Assembly (NCBI GenBank): GCA_013265495.1
Contig: MU058221.1
Coordinates: forward strand, 1,426,001 to 1,490,000
Direction of reading: 5' to 3'
From: Vicugna vicugna
Lineage: Eukaryota
Length of the DNA: 64,000 bases
A program made the translations under genes and the position numbers. Shown here piece by piece: positions 1-13,399 of this stretch. Position 1 is the first letter of the stretch; each line of letters starts with the position of its first letter. The notes below the pieces were generated by a model that saw nothing but the letters and a program-made list of their open reading frames with translations, had not been told where the DNA came from and ran no database searches.

Positions 1-619
1 TCCAGAAACCCCGGCCTCCACATTTGCACCTTCGTAACCAGCTAGGTCAACACATTATTCACAATTATTGTGTTTTTTCCCAGTCCTGGTGGCCAAAACT
101 TACAAAGCATTAAAACAAATGCTTCTACTGCTTAAGGGAGAACCAGGCACCTTCTAAGATACACAGTAAGTGTTGGAAAAACGGAAGGGTGGGAGAGAGA
201 TAGGAAGGATGACTCCTGTTTGCACAGTTTCCAGCACAAAGTAGCCGCCCACACGTATTTGTAGAAACCAACTCTTTTTTTAAGCAGAACTGTACGTGTA
301 ATCCAGCACGTTCAATATAAGAAAGGCATACTGGTCTGAGTGAGACTGGGGCAGGAGGGTTTCTGAATCCCTCAGAAACGACTGTGCTTTCCCCCTGAGT
401 TAGTGTTTGCAACAGGAAAGCCAGGCAGGCAAGCTGTGTGGTCAGAAGGACTTGAGTGTGGACCCTTTCTGTCAGTTAATACGTGTGGTTGGCCTTGAGC
501 GAAATAAGTAAAATTATTTTTAATCTCACAAGCCGTGGCTTCAGTCCATCTCTTCTCCGCCTCATATCTCAGGTTTACCATGGCTCATTCTTGTTTTCCT
601 TACTTATTGCCCGTATCAT

Positions 620-1265
620 CATTGCCTACTTCAGTGCCCTTGGGCAACTATGCTAATCTACTTAATATAATTAATTTTAAAATGGCTTTTGCAAAACACA
701 CATTAGAGCTTTGTATGCATGCATTTTTCTTTTACCTGAATGTTATTGGCCTAAAATTTCACTCTGTTGCTTAAAAAAAAGTGAACAGTTTTTAGATCTA
801 TTCACATCACCATGTATCTAACTGCTACTTAATATTCCATAGGCTACGTCTTCCGTATTTTACTTAATCCAGCCCTCAAAATGCTTTCCCCAATTGCCTC
901 CCAATTTCCATTTCCACAAACAGAACTATAATAGGCATCTTTGTAAATGTTTCTTTTTGGATCTCTGTGCAGGGGTGGGATTATTGGATCAAAGAATAAC
1001 AGTGCATTTAATGTGACCCTGGCCGGCACATTCACTGGGTGCTCCAGCCTCCCACCCTGCACGAGGGCTTCTCTCTGCCCACGGCCTCACCAACCGGCCA
1101 TGTGCAAGTGTTCACTGAGGGCTGATCTGATAAGCACAACGTGAGACTCCATGATATTTTAATTTACTTGATTCTAATTGCTAATGTGTTTGGACATCTT
1201 TTCATATGCCTGAAGGCCCTTCGGGATTTCTCTTTTTTAATTGCCTGTTCATTCACAGGCCATTT
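620..1265 (-). mobile_element. Old, diverged LINE-1 3' fragment (L1M/L1ME-like)
   Basis: Antisense L1 3' motifs, e.g. 'gggattattggatcaaag', 'ttggacatcttttcatatgcc', 'ttgcctgttcatt'; ORF 844..1062(-) has the 'IIPPLH...YKDAYYSSVC' L1 ORF2 C-terminal signature. Boundaries approximate. Confidence 0.7.
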
Positions 1266-1724
1266 TGCAGAAGAACTTGTGGGATGGAGAGATCATTGAG
1301 GCCATCTTTGGAAGATAAATATTCTGCTGAATGATTCATCCTTGCCCAGTGAAACTCTCTCTCTTTCTCTTTCTCAGCTTCATTGTAAGCCAGAACATAA
1401 TGCATGTATTGGTTTATCACTGGTTTTGTATCCCTTACTATGGGGCAGAAAAATTCCCCACTTCTTTACTAAGTTCTCCCTTTCACAATTTGAAATTAAA
1501 GTATTTCAGTAATATCAATTCATCCCATAAAAGTACACAATTATTAATTTTGTTTCAGAACTGCTTGTAATTTTCTTTGTTCACAGAGGTCTCCTGTATT
1601 ATATAAAAGGCTTTACACTTTTTCTTGCTATTAAAAATATCTTTATTTTCAATTGTAGTTTGTTTGTTGCAATTGATTTTTTAAACCTTTTTAATCTGGA
1701 AATGTACCAGACATATAATAATAA

Positions 1725-3355
1725 GATTGTCTAAGTGAAACATAAAAAGAGAATCTTAAAAACAGCAAAAGAAAAGAAGCTTATTAACATACAAGGGACC
1801 CCTCCTGCCTTAAAGTTACTGGATTTCTCAGCCAGAACCTTACAAGCAAGGAGAGAGCAGGGTGGCATAATCAAAGTGGTAAAAGAAAAAAAAAAATCTG
1901 ACAACCAAAAATAATCAATCTGGCTGATTATTCTTAATAAATGAAAAAGAAATAAAGATCTTTCCAGGCTGGTAAAATCTCAGGGATTTCGTCAACACTG
2001 TATCTGCCTTATAAGGAATACTGAAAAGAATTCTTCAAGCGGAAATGAAAAGATAACAATTGGTAACATGAAAACATATGAAAATATGTAACACACTGTT
2101 AAAGGTAAGTATGGACTCAGATTCAGAATACTCTAATACCTTAATATGGTGGTGTGTTAACTTAATTCTATTAAAGTTTAAAGGCCATGAATATTAACAA
2201 TAACTACAGCACAATTATTAATGAATGGACGTATAAAAAGAGGAAAATTATGACATCAAAATAAAAAATGGGGAAGATAAAAGGGGTAGAGTTTTTGTAT
2301 ACAATTGAAGTTCAGTTGTTAGTATAAAACTGACTCTTACATCTATAGGATGATTTATGCAAACCTCACGACAATCACAACACAAAAGTCTGCAGTAGAC
2401 ACACGAAAAATAAACAAAGCAGATTCAAAGCATACCCCTATGGAAAATAATCAGTTCACAAAGGGTGGCAGCAACAGAGGGAGGAAATAAAAGGGAACTA
2501 CAAGACGGCCAGAAAATAATGGAGACTGCGTTAGCAAGTCCGGAGCTGTGAGTGATTACTCAACATAAAAGGATTAAAATCTCCAGTTAAATAGCGGAGA
2601 GAGGCTGGATGACTGAAAATAGAATATCTAATGATTTGCTGCCCACAAGATACTGAAGCTATGGATCTAACGACATCCATAGACTCAGAGTGTCAGCATG
2701 GAAAAAGAAAGAAGCATTTAAATTGGAAAAGAACTAAAATTGTCTTTGTTTGCAGATGACGTGATATTATGGATTGAAAAATCCTAAAGGCTTAACCGAA
2801 ACACTGTTAAAAGTAACCAGAAAATTAATACACTTGCAGGATACAAAGTCAACCTACAGAAATCAATTGTGTTTCCACACAATAACAAGGAACACTTTGA
2901 AAAATAATAGAAACCAATTCCATTGACAATAGCATCAATTAAAAAGTACTTAGAAATAAATTTAACCAAGAAGACGGAAGGTCTGTTCACTGAAAATTTT
3001 AAGGCTTTGATGAAAGAAACTGAAGTCACAGATAAATGGAAAGATATCCGATTTCCATGAATCAGAAGAATTAATATTGTGAAAATGTGCTATGCAAGCC
3101 ATCTATAAATCCAACGTGACCCCTATCAAAGTTTCAATGGCATTTTTCTTTAAAATAGAAAAAACAATGCTATTACTTCATAGGGATTTACAAAGACATG
3201 AAATAGTCAATGTAATTATGAGAAGGAAAAAGCTAGAGACAGAATGCTTCCTGATTTCAAACTATATAGCAAAAGATATAATAATCAAAACGGTGTGGTA
3301 CTGGCATAAAAGCACACACATAGACCAATAAAACAGAGTCAAGAGACCAAAAGTA
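1725..3355 (+). mobile_element. LINE-1 remnant: ORF1 3' end, inter-ORF, ORF2 endonuclease start joined directly to the RT C-terminal part (large internal deletion)
   Basis: ORF1-like 'gagaatcttaaaaacagcaaaagaaaag...ggatttctcagccagaacc'. EN start near 2560-2705. LFADD codons 'ttgtttgcagatgac' at about 2746-2760. ORF 3092..3331 is ORF2-like ([11 protein letters not shown]). Confidence 0.9.
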
Positions 3356-4667
3356 GCCCCATGTGGGGGGCATGGGCAGTGTATTGCAACCAAACTGTTG
3401 TTCAGTGTTCAACATAGTTGAGCTCCAGTCAATGTCTTTCAAGGTCAAGAGGTTTAGAGTATCTATCAAGGAATCTCGTGAATTCAAAAAAAAATTTTTT
3501 ATTTGCATGTTTTGAATCCTAACTTGGGTAACAGTTTCTTAATCCAATCCTGCTTACAGAGTGCTCGTCTTGATTCTTCAAATTTTCTAGCCTATTATTC
3601 CAGTATTCCTGTTATTCCTATATCCCAGTGATAAGCACTCCTGTTTTGCAATTCTGATATGGATACCATAATATGTATGTATGTTTGTGTGTGTGAATGA
3701 GATTGAGTACCTATGATCATTCACTGGGTAATTAAAAAATGATATATTTTAAATATGTCGCTTTTTAAGAGAAGGATATTTCTTTGATGATTTTATTATC
3801 ACTATTATTTTAAGGTGTCCTTATCTAGATACTGATCTGTATATGATGCATTACACCTAGATACCAAATATTAGCTTTTCTTTTTTATAAATTTTACAGA
3901 TATGTTTATTTACCTTTTTATTGGTTCTTTAGGAAAATAAAAATAAAACTCAATCATGGCTTACTGTACTTAAAAAACATTCTTCTGAATTGAAGTATAG
4001 ATTAAAATTAAATTTGCCTGAAGCCTACATCTTATTGATATTTCAAAATGTCATTTAATATTGGTGGACCATACGTAAATAAATTCAGTAGCAACGGTTT
4101 CATTCAGCAAGAAGTTACTTTAAAATAAACTGCCTTTCTAAACATATACCTAAATATTAATATCCAATTATTTTGGGGAGAGGGGGAAGATGGGAAGTTT
4201 CTGTAAACATTTGGCACATCTATCCCTAGTTTTCTTGCATGTCCCCATGAATTCTTGAGTTATCAAAATTCCAGCATGACTCCTTCCAAGTACATATCTC
4301 CAAAATAATGTACTGTCTTTTGATAAAAATAAAAATTATTTCTAATGTTTTTTGTTCTAATTTCAAGAATTAGACAATATTGTTGCCTTGCTTGTAACTT
4401 ATGCAAGTGTATAAACCATGGAGATATGGTGTTGGCAGTGCACAGCCCCTTTTTTGGGGGGAGGAGTATAAGGCAGGAGAAAATATGGAAATATTTGAGT
4501 TATATCAAGAATAGAAGAATTCTGAATACCAGTGATATGTGACATCTTGGGTACTTAGTCAACAAAACTTTAAAACTGACTTGCAGATGTGAAAGTAAAA
4601 TGACTGACAGTAGAAGGAAACTCTGGAGAGGTAACAGGGGAATGACTCTGTAAAGAATTCTTGGAGA

Positions 4668-4892
4668 GGGTGGGAAGGGATAGACTGGGATTTCAAAATT
4701 GTAAAATAGATAAACAAGATTACACTGTATAGCACAGGGAAATATACACAAAATGTTATGGTAAGTCACAGAGAAAAAAATGTGACAATGAGTGTGTATA
4801 TGTCCATGTATGACTGAAAAATTGTACTGAACACTGGAATTTGACACAACACTGTAAAATGATTATGAATCAATAAAAATGTAAAAAAAAAA
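4668..4892 (+). mobile_element. Young 5'-truncated L1 3' end (camelid-type tail) with poly(A) and 16-bp TSD
   Basis: TSD AAAGAATTCTTGGAGA at 4652-4667 and 4893-4908. AATAAA and A-tail at 4872-4895. Near-identical to 47585-47695. Confidence 0.9.
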
Positions 4893-5339
4893 AAAGAATT
4901 CTTGGAGAATTTTCTGAGACAGAGATGAACTCTTTAGTGTAGGCTGTAGTTCCTGAGGAATTTGTTGGTGAGCTGGTTCTTGGAAGATGAGGATTCAATT
5001 AAAAGTGTGTTCCTGAAAAATAGGTGGCATATATAAACATGGCCAAAGGGATGACACTGACTATGCTTAAGAAAAAGTGATTTGAATTACAAGGAGTTTA
5101 TTATACAAGCTTTACATAAGGGAGAATTGCAGAATTTACCTGGAAGGGAAGCTTGGAACCTGATTGTAGACAGCTTTGGGATGGAAGGTAATTTTTAGTC
5201 TCATTCTTCAGGTGATGAAAAGACAATGGTAATCTTTAGATTTCCCTGACATGATTAAAGTATTTTATGATAACATGCAACATATATATGTTCTGTTTAA
5301 CATGAAAGTTATAGTCCATAGTGTTTGTGTGTAAAACCA

Positions 5340-6519
5340 GACATAAAAGAAGAAATTGACTGTAATACAATAATAATAGGGGACTTTAATATGCCATTTA
5401 CATGAACGGATAGATTATTCAAACAGAAAATCAATAAGAAAATATTGGCTTTAAAGCCACTTTAGATGAGATGGACTTACCTTTATATACACAAAGCGTT
5501 CCATCTAAAAACTGCACAGGGTACATTGTTTCCAAGTGCACATGAAACATTCTCCAGGATAGGTCACAGGCTAGTTCACAAAATAAGCCTCAATAAAGTT
5601 AAGAAGATTAAAATTATATTAAGCACCATTCCAACTACAAAGGTATAAGACTAGAAATTAAATAAAATTTTAAAAACTGTAAATAAAACCCACAAACGTG
5701 TGGAGGCTAAAAAATACACTACTAAACACCCAATGAATCAATGAAGAAACCTAAGAGGAAATAAAAATGCCTAGAGATGAACAAAAATACCAAGATATTA
5801 GACAACCTACAAGAAATAGACAAATTTCTAGAATCAAACAATCCTTTAAGACCAAATGAGGAAGATGTAGAAAATCTGCACAGACCAATTACCAATCATG
5901 AAATTGAATAAGTGATGAAAAATTTCCCCAAAGACAAAAGTCCAGGACCAGATGCCTTTGCATGGGAACGCTACCATGTTTTAAGAAGAGTTAATACCTA
6001 TCTCCCAAAAACTTGACGAGAACAGAATGCTTCCAAACTATTCTATGAAGCCATCATTCTCCTGATGACAAAACCAGAAAATACATCTTTAAAAAAAAAT
6101 ACAAGCCAATAACCTGATGAATATAGACGTAAAAAATTCTCAATAAAATTTTACAAACCAAATTCATTAATATATTAAAGGGAGAATACCCTATGATCAA
6201 GTGGGATTTATTCTGAAGGTGAAATAATGACTCAATATCCTCAAACAGACCAATTTAATAAACCATATTAACAACAAGAAAGCTAGAAGTCACATGAATG
6301 TCTCAATACATGCAAGGAAAACATTGACAAAATTCAATATTCATTCATAAAAAAAAAACTCTCATGAAGTGGGTAAAGAGAGAAATACCTCAATATACTT
6401 CAACATAATAAAGGCATGTTTGACGAACCCACAGCTGACATCATGCTCAATGGTGAAAAGTTGGATACTTTTCCTTAAAGATTAGGAACAAGACAAGACT
6501 GTCCACTCTTGTCACTTCT
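5340..6519 (+). mobile_element. LINE-1 ORF2 fragment (EN to RT, internally deleted)
   Basis: EN-like 'TLFPSAHETFSRIGH' (ORF 5466..5648), 'ccaggaccagatg', 'gatcaagtgggatttatt'; ends at an [10 protein letters not shown]-like sequence 'acaagacaagactgtccactcttgtcacttct'. Confidence 0.9.
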
Positions 6520-6955
6520 CGGTTAAATTTATCCCGACATATTTTATTATCTTTGATTAGAATGTAAACGGGATTATTTCCTTGCTTTCTCTTTCTGATA
6601 GTTCACTATTAGAATTAGAATTCCATTAGAATTCCAAAAGATATCTCTTTATTAATTCTGTATCCTGTAACTTCACTGAATTTATTTATTAGATCTAATA
6701 GATTTTACTGTAGTGTTTAGGGTTTTCTATCTAGGGTATCATGTCATCAGCCAATAGTTACAGTTTTGCTTCTGTCCGTCCAATTCAGATGCCTTTTGTT
6801 TAGTTTTTAACCTAATTGTTATTTCTAGGGCTTCCAATATTATTTGAAATAAAAGTAGCAAGACTGGGCATCTTTGTCTCACTCTTAATCTTAGAGGAAA
6901 AACTTTCAGCATTTCACTGTTGTGTATGATGTTACCTGTGGGGCTATCATACATG
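6520..6955 (-). mobile_element. Inverted LINE-1 RT fragment
   Basis: ORF 6739..6954(-) YDSPTGNIIHNSEMLKVFPLRLRVRQRCPVLLLLFQIILEALEITIR resembles the L1 RT motif [47 protein letters not shown]. Confidence 0.88.
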
Positions 6956-7420
6956 CTTTCCTATACACTAATGACAAACTACTGGAAAGAGAAATTAAAA
7001 TAAACTCACTTACAATCACATCAAAAAAGACAAAAATACCTAGGAATAAATTTAACCAAGAAGGTGAGAAAACTGTACTCTGAAAACTATAAGGCGCTGA
7101 TGAAAGAAACTGAAGATGACACAAATAGAAAGATAGATCATGCTCATGAATTGGAAGAATTAATACTGTTAAAATGTCCACACTATTCAAAGCAATCTAC
7201 AGATTTGATGCAATCCCTATTAAAATGCCCACGGCATTCTTCAAAGAACTACAACAAATAATCCCAAAGTTTGTATGGAACCAAAAAAGGCCCCCAACAG
7301 CCAAAGCAACTTTGAGAAAGAGCGAAGATGGACGCATCACACTCCCTGATTTCAGACTATACTACAAAGCTACTGTAATCAAAACAGTTTGGTACTGGCA
7401 TGAACGTTCGTGCGCACGCG

Positions 7421-7440
7421 TACACACACACACACACACA
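7421..7440. repeat. (CA)n microsatellite
   Basis: Run of about 10 CA units inside the L1. Confidence 0.9.
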
Positions 7441-8506
7441 TCAAGGACATACAAATCAGTGGACCAGAACAGAGAGCCCAGAAGTATACCCATGCACACA
7501 TAGTCAATTAATCTGCAACAAAGGCAAGAATGTACAATGGGGAAAGACATTCTTTTCAATAAATGGTTCTGGGAAAATTGGGTAAGTAAAACAATAGCAA
7601 AAATCAACAACTGGGAACTAATCAAACTAAAAAGCTTTTGTGCAGCAAAAGAAGCCATCAACAAAATAAAAAGGCAGTATGTTGAATGGAAGAAGATATT
7701 TGCAAATGGTATGTCTGATAAGCAGTTCATGTAAAAAATATGTAAAGAATTCAAATAACTCAATATCAAAAACATAAAAAAATGTGATTAAAAAATTGGC
7801 AGAGTATCTAAATAGAAATTCTGCCAAAAAGGCATATGGCCACCTGTCATATGGAAAGATGTTCAGCATCACTAATTATCAGGGAAACGTATATCAAATT
7901 CACAGTGAGATATCACCTCACATGCGTCAGAATGACTAATATCAAAAAGACACAGAATAGACATGGAGGGAAAGAAACCCTTGTGCAGTGCTGATAAGAA
8001 TGTAAATTAGTAGAGCCGTTATGGAAAACATATGGACGTTCCTGAAAACATTAAAAACAGAGATAGCATATGTTCCCACAATTTCACTTCTGGTTATTTT
8101 CCTGAAGAAAACAAAAACATTAATTCAAAAATATATATGCTTTCCTATGTGTATTGCAGCATGACTTAGAGTAGCCAAGATATGGAAGGAATCTAAGTAT
8201 CCATCAGTAGACAAAGGGGTAAAAAAGATGTTGCACATACACAGTGGAATATTACTCAGCCATAAAAATGATGGCATTTTGCTATTTAGGATAACATGCA
8301 TGTACCAAGAGGGTATTATGCTGAGTGCAACATCTCAGGCAAAGAAAGACAAACACTTGCGATTTCACTTAAGTGGAATCTAAAAGATAAAACAGTTGAA
8401 CAAACAAAATAGAAATGATCTCATAGCTGTGGAAAATAACCTAGTGGGTGCAAGAGCAAACCAGGGTGTGAGGATGAGTAGAATACATGGAGATTATCTC
8501 CTTAAT

Positions 8507-8600
8507 CTCCATGTAATATATACAAGATAATCTCCTTGTAATACATACAAGATAAGCTCCTTGTAATACATACAAGATAAGCTCCTTGTAATACATACAA
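8507..8600. repeat. 25-bp tandem repeat, about 3.8 copies (CTCCTTGTAATACATACAAGATAAG)
   Basis: Units start at 8507, 8532, 8557 and 8582 (partial). Confidence 0.92.
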
Positions 8601-8849
8601 AGAGATTAAGGGGTATAAACTTCCACTTCTAAAACAAGTACATTACAAGGATGTAATGCATAGTGTAGGGAGTGTAATCAATAATTCTGCAGTAACTTCT
8701 GTGCCACGTGGAATCTGTAGTCATAGTGGGGATAATTTTCTAATGTATAAATATGTGAAATCACTATATGTTACATTTGAAAAACTAATAAAATATTGTA
8801 AGACAGCTATAATTGTAAAAGATAATGGAGGCCATAGACAATACTAAAT

Positions 8850-9720
8850 ACCAAATATGAAAGAAAAAGTCTTACTAAGATTCCTAAATTTAAAAAAAGC
8901 AGAGTGCTGTTGGCAGACTCACCTTATAAAAAATACTAAAGGGAATTCTTCAGGTTGATACAAGTAAACCTACATGAATAAACAGAAAGCAACAGTGAAT
9001 GTAACTATAATGTAAATGCACATATGGAAAAAATTGCGAATCATGTATCTGATAAGGCATTATATTTTGCAATTGCACGTATCTAGAATACAGTTGTTAT
9101 AACTCAAAAAGGCAACCCAAATAAATAATGGGTGAAGTATTTGAACACGTATTTCTGTAAAGAAGATATAAACATGACTGCTAAATACGTGTAAAGATGT
9201 TTAACATCATTCGCCATCAGGGTTGAATAAATATAAACTACAGAATAATAGCATCCTACACCCACTAGCATCACCACAGTGAGAACAGACAAATAATGGC
9301 AGATGTTGGCCAGGATACGGAGGAATTAGAACCGCCATACACTGCTTGTGGGAATGTAAAACGGAGTAGTCATTGTGGAAAACATTCTGGCAGTTCTTCA
9401 GTTAAACCATATGACCCAGCAATTTCATTCCTAAGTATTTGCCCAAGAGAAATTAAAACATATGCCGATGCGAAATATTGCACCCGAGTGTTCACAGCAT
9501 CATCATTATAACAGACGAAAAGTGGAAACAGCCCAACGTTCACCAACAAATGAATGGATTCAAAAACATTTTAATAAATACACACGATGGAATAGTACTT
9601 AACAATAAAAAAGTAAAATGCTGATTCATGCTACAAAACGGATTTACCTTGAAAATAAATCACAATGCAAAGAAAAGCAAGCCAGCTAAAAAGGAACATA
9701 CATTGTATAATTTCACTCAT
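8850..9720 (+). mobile_element. Older LINE-1 fragments (ORF1 end, then ORF2 C-terminus/3' UTR)
   Basis: 'aaaatactaaagggaattcttcagg', 'gaatcatgtatctgataagg'; ORF 9296..9511 contains PYDPAISFLSICPREIKTY. Confidence 0.8.
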
Positions 9721-10447
9721 CGCCCACCTGGGAAGCTGCAGAGCTCCTGGGCAGAGATTCAGGGTTCAGCCCCACCTCCACCTGGGAGCTGCACCCCAAG
9801 GATCATGGTGACTACGGCGAAGCCCCGCCATTCCTCTTGTGAGAAGCCAGCAATGGTCTCTAAACGGACTGTTACATTTCCTTCCCACTAAAAGCCCCAG
9901 AAATAGTGCGACACAGCATTTTTTCTGAGCAGTCCTTAATAACAGAAACCACTGGAGACCACAAGCTTGTAAGAGGTAAGGACAAATACTTTAGTTATTC
10001 ATGTAATATATGGATGATTAAATATTTTACATTTCATTGGAGGCATTTTTTTCTATAAGTAAACATTTTAATTTTGACCTGTATATTTCCATCTGGATAT
10101 ATTTTGTTGAGATTAGAAAGATCTAGTTGCCCAACCATTAGACATTTATATATTCTAAATATTTAAACAAGGAAAAATTGCTTTACTTAAAAGAAAAATA
10201 CTTGCTAACTTTCTGCTCAAAATCATCCTAAAGGTGAATAAGTAAAACTCTAAAACCTAACTAGTAAATTAGTCAAAACGCAGTCAGAAATATTTTCCCA
10301 GATACCATCTTAATGTACGTATGTCAGTTTTTAATATGATAATTGGCTAATTGCAAAATTATTCATCAACAGAGCACAGTTAAATGAATATCTAAAAACG
10401 TAACTTTCTGGAGCTAATAAATGGATAGTGCTACTTTCTCGCTCTCT

Positions 10448-10965
10448 TGTTGGCGAACCCAAGTTCCTGTGCCCAACGCACAGTTGAGGCCAAACTGAAA
10501 CTGAGTTTGGAGGTTTAATGCAAGAGCCAAGCAAGGAGTACAGACTTACGCTCAAGAGACCTGAACTCCCCATCGTCTTCAGAAAAGAGGTTTAAAAGGC
10601 AAACTTTTGTGGGAGGGCTGCAGGATGCAGAACGTTCTCCTGATTGGTTGGTGGTGAGGTAGCAGGTGGTGTTTAAGAAATGTGAATCACTGGCCATCTG
10701 GTTCCAATCAGCGTGGGTCTCTGTGTTTATGCTCAGCCTGGAGTTACCACCCTCCACCTGGGTGGGGGCCTGAATTCCAGTAGAAGAACTCAAGGATACG
10801 TATCAGATTTATCACTGCTACACTGTTTCTTGGCTGCTTTTTCTTCGCTTCTGCATTCCTTCATTTCCTTAATCAGTAACTATTGGAATCTGCCCTTTGG
10901 AACTCAGGGAGGGCCTGCTAACAAGAAACAAGGGGCATAGAAAGACAGGGTCCTGCTTGGATTCA
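10448..10965 (-). mobile_element. Solo ERV1-type LTR
   Basis: About 520 bp bounded by TG...CA, with CCAAT motifs (ctgattgg, ccaatcag). The minus strand begins TGAATCCAAGCAGGACCC, similar to Laurasiatherian ERV1 LTRs as I recall them. No clean TSD. Confidence 0.7.
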
Positions 10966-13399
10966 CACTCATTCTTTTGCTCTTTAATGCTTATCAAAAT
11001 AAGTCACAGTCCAATGATTCTATTTAAGGATATTCATTTTTCATTCATTTTTAACTGTTTACTGACATATCTTTTATAAAGTGATTTTAATTTGTAAAAA
11101 AAAAAATCTTTGGAATTAACTATGTTAATCTCATTGCAAAATCTTCCAGTTTCTATGTTCATGATTTTTCACATGCCATTCCTTTACATAAAAGTATTAT
11201 AATGCTTATATTCAGTACACCATTTTGTGTTTGTTGATGTTTGATGTTCCTTACTTACCTTACTCTTATTTCATAACTTAAGATTAAAAATGAATGTTAC
11301 CTTCATATGGGCCAGACAGTACCCAAATAATTTTATACGTTTATTTGTTAAAATTAATAAGTCCCCTTTTAAGAAGAAAATAAGAACATTTTAATGGGCT
11401 GCATATTAAAACAAATACTATTCTTAAACCTAAAATATTAAATTGTTGGCAAAAATCAGCCCTTTGACCTAATCCAAACAGTGTTGTAATCTGTGCTATA
11501 AAATTGACCAGAATTCAAGGCCCGTGTTTAGGAGTAATTTTTGTTATTGTTGCAGTAAACGGGTAAAGATGTATTTTCTACATGAATTCAGACGTCAGTG
11601 TTTATAATCGTACCAGCGATTGAAGTTTCTGTCTCATATATTTCTCTATAGGCCAGGAGTTTCAATTTATTAATATTTTTGGTCAATGTTTATGACTTTC
11701 TCTATGAGCAGAAATGATTTTTCCCCCCAGAGGCTAGAAAGTTTACCATGAGTCTCGGGGAATGAGAGTCCTGACTCCCGTTTTCTGCTGGAGAGCACGC
11801 CGGCTGCGCGGACACTGCCAATGTCCCTCTGTATCGTGTAGGTTGTGAGAGCACGGTCGTGTTTGAGCCTTTGCAGCTGTTTCGAAGCTTTCATTTTTCC
11901 AAGAGCATGTGTTTTTGACAGTTCCATTTCAGCTATTAATTTTCTAAACATTTGCTTTCCCAATCTTTTTATTTTATTATGAAGAATATTTAAATTCTTT
12001 TTTGGAGGGGGGTAAAGTTTCGTTTTTTTGGGAGTTTGTTGTGTGTCCTTGGGTTTAGAACTTACACTTCGCTGTTAAGAGACGATGGACACATGCAAAG
12101 ATGTAATGATCAATTGCCATGGAGATAAGTGTATCCCCATAGCAACCTGCATCATGTATATACTTATGCAAATTGCTGTGGGAGGGAAGAAAGATATTGT
12201 ACACATATGTGTATGGATTTAAGTTTTTCAAAGGCTGAAGAAGAGTAACTCATTATCTCCTAATTAGTAAGAATTATCTCACCAGTTCATTGAAGGAATA
12301 GGTCCACAGTCACCTTGCCATGTCTGGTGTCTTCCTGTGACTAGCACACTCTCATTCCATGTATATGGTAAATTCGTTCTTCTCTTGGTGATCCGCTTAG
12401 GGGTTCATAAACAGTGCTTCAGTTACTTGAACAATGGGTGAGCTTAATTAATAATAATGATAATAAACCTGCAGGGCACCCAGAACACTGTAGGAAAAGA
12501 GAAGCTGATGAGGAATAGGCGTTTAATTTACTAAGATGAAATGGAGTCAGGGACAGTGATGTTGATAAACATACACTAAAAGCAATCAAATTTCCAATTA
12601 TATTTAATTTTTTTCTATTATACTGGTCAAATAATTAGAGTTCTTTAAGAAATACAGAAGTGGTAGATTTTATAATGGTTCACAATTAATAAGTGCCTCC
12701 TTCCCTGTAAGAGGGTTGACTAAACATCCTTACCGTCCTGCGACTTCACTGCAGAGAAACTCGCATCCCACCACTTTGACTTCTTATGTGAACAGTTGTT
12801 GAGCAATTCCATTTAAACTTTGCATGCTCCATTTGAATGTTTCCTTTTCCTTTAGCATCTTTATCAAATGCTGCCTCCCTGGGCCAATCATCTCTGTCCA
12901 GATTATCGCAGCGGCTTCTGCGCTGGCCACCTATTTCCACTCTTACTGTTCGTCTTCTTTTCCTTTCTCAGCTCAGCAGCTGGAGTGATCTTTAAAAATG
13001 TCGCTTTCTTGTTCCACATCATTCAGTGGTGTCCAACTGATCTCAGAGTAGAGGCCCTGTTACATCCCTCACGCTTTCTTTCTGCTCACAAGTGAAGCCT
13101 TTGAAATTCCACCCCTGCTCCACAACCTCCTTGCCTGCAGACTCCGTCAGCTTTCAGGAAAAAAAACTTATTACCAAGTTGTCCTCGGCACACATGGAAA
13201 AAGGCTTCCAAAATAAATCCCTCTTGACTCTTCTGGGAAGTGTGGCTTTGCCAGAAAATAAAGATGGGAAATATTTATTCATAATCAAAGAGATGATCTC
13301 TAAGTTTCCAAATGTAAAAAACAGTTATCCAGGTACCAGGAGCCCTTCTCTTCTCTTCTGTTTCCACTTCAACTGGTGCTACTAACGTCAAATAAGAGA

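Larger units (their letters stand above)
6956..8825 (+). mobile_element. LINE-1 ORF2 C-terminal half and 3' UTR (decayed)
   Basis: ORFs 7174..7503 ([11 protein letters not shown]...[20 protein letters not shown]) and 7537..7734 (LFNKWFWENW / WELIKLKSFCAAKE), followed by L1 3'UTR-like sequence. Confidence 0.92.

Noticed and set aside
8507..8600. CRISPR-like array
   Set aside because: The repeats are directly adjacent with no spacers, there are no cas genes, and the context is a mammalian L1.
11670..11963. 97-aa protein-like ORF (-)
   Set aside because: TTG start, no recognised homology and no convincing flanking splice sites on that strand.
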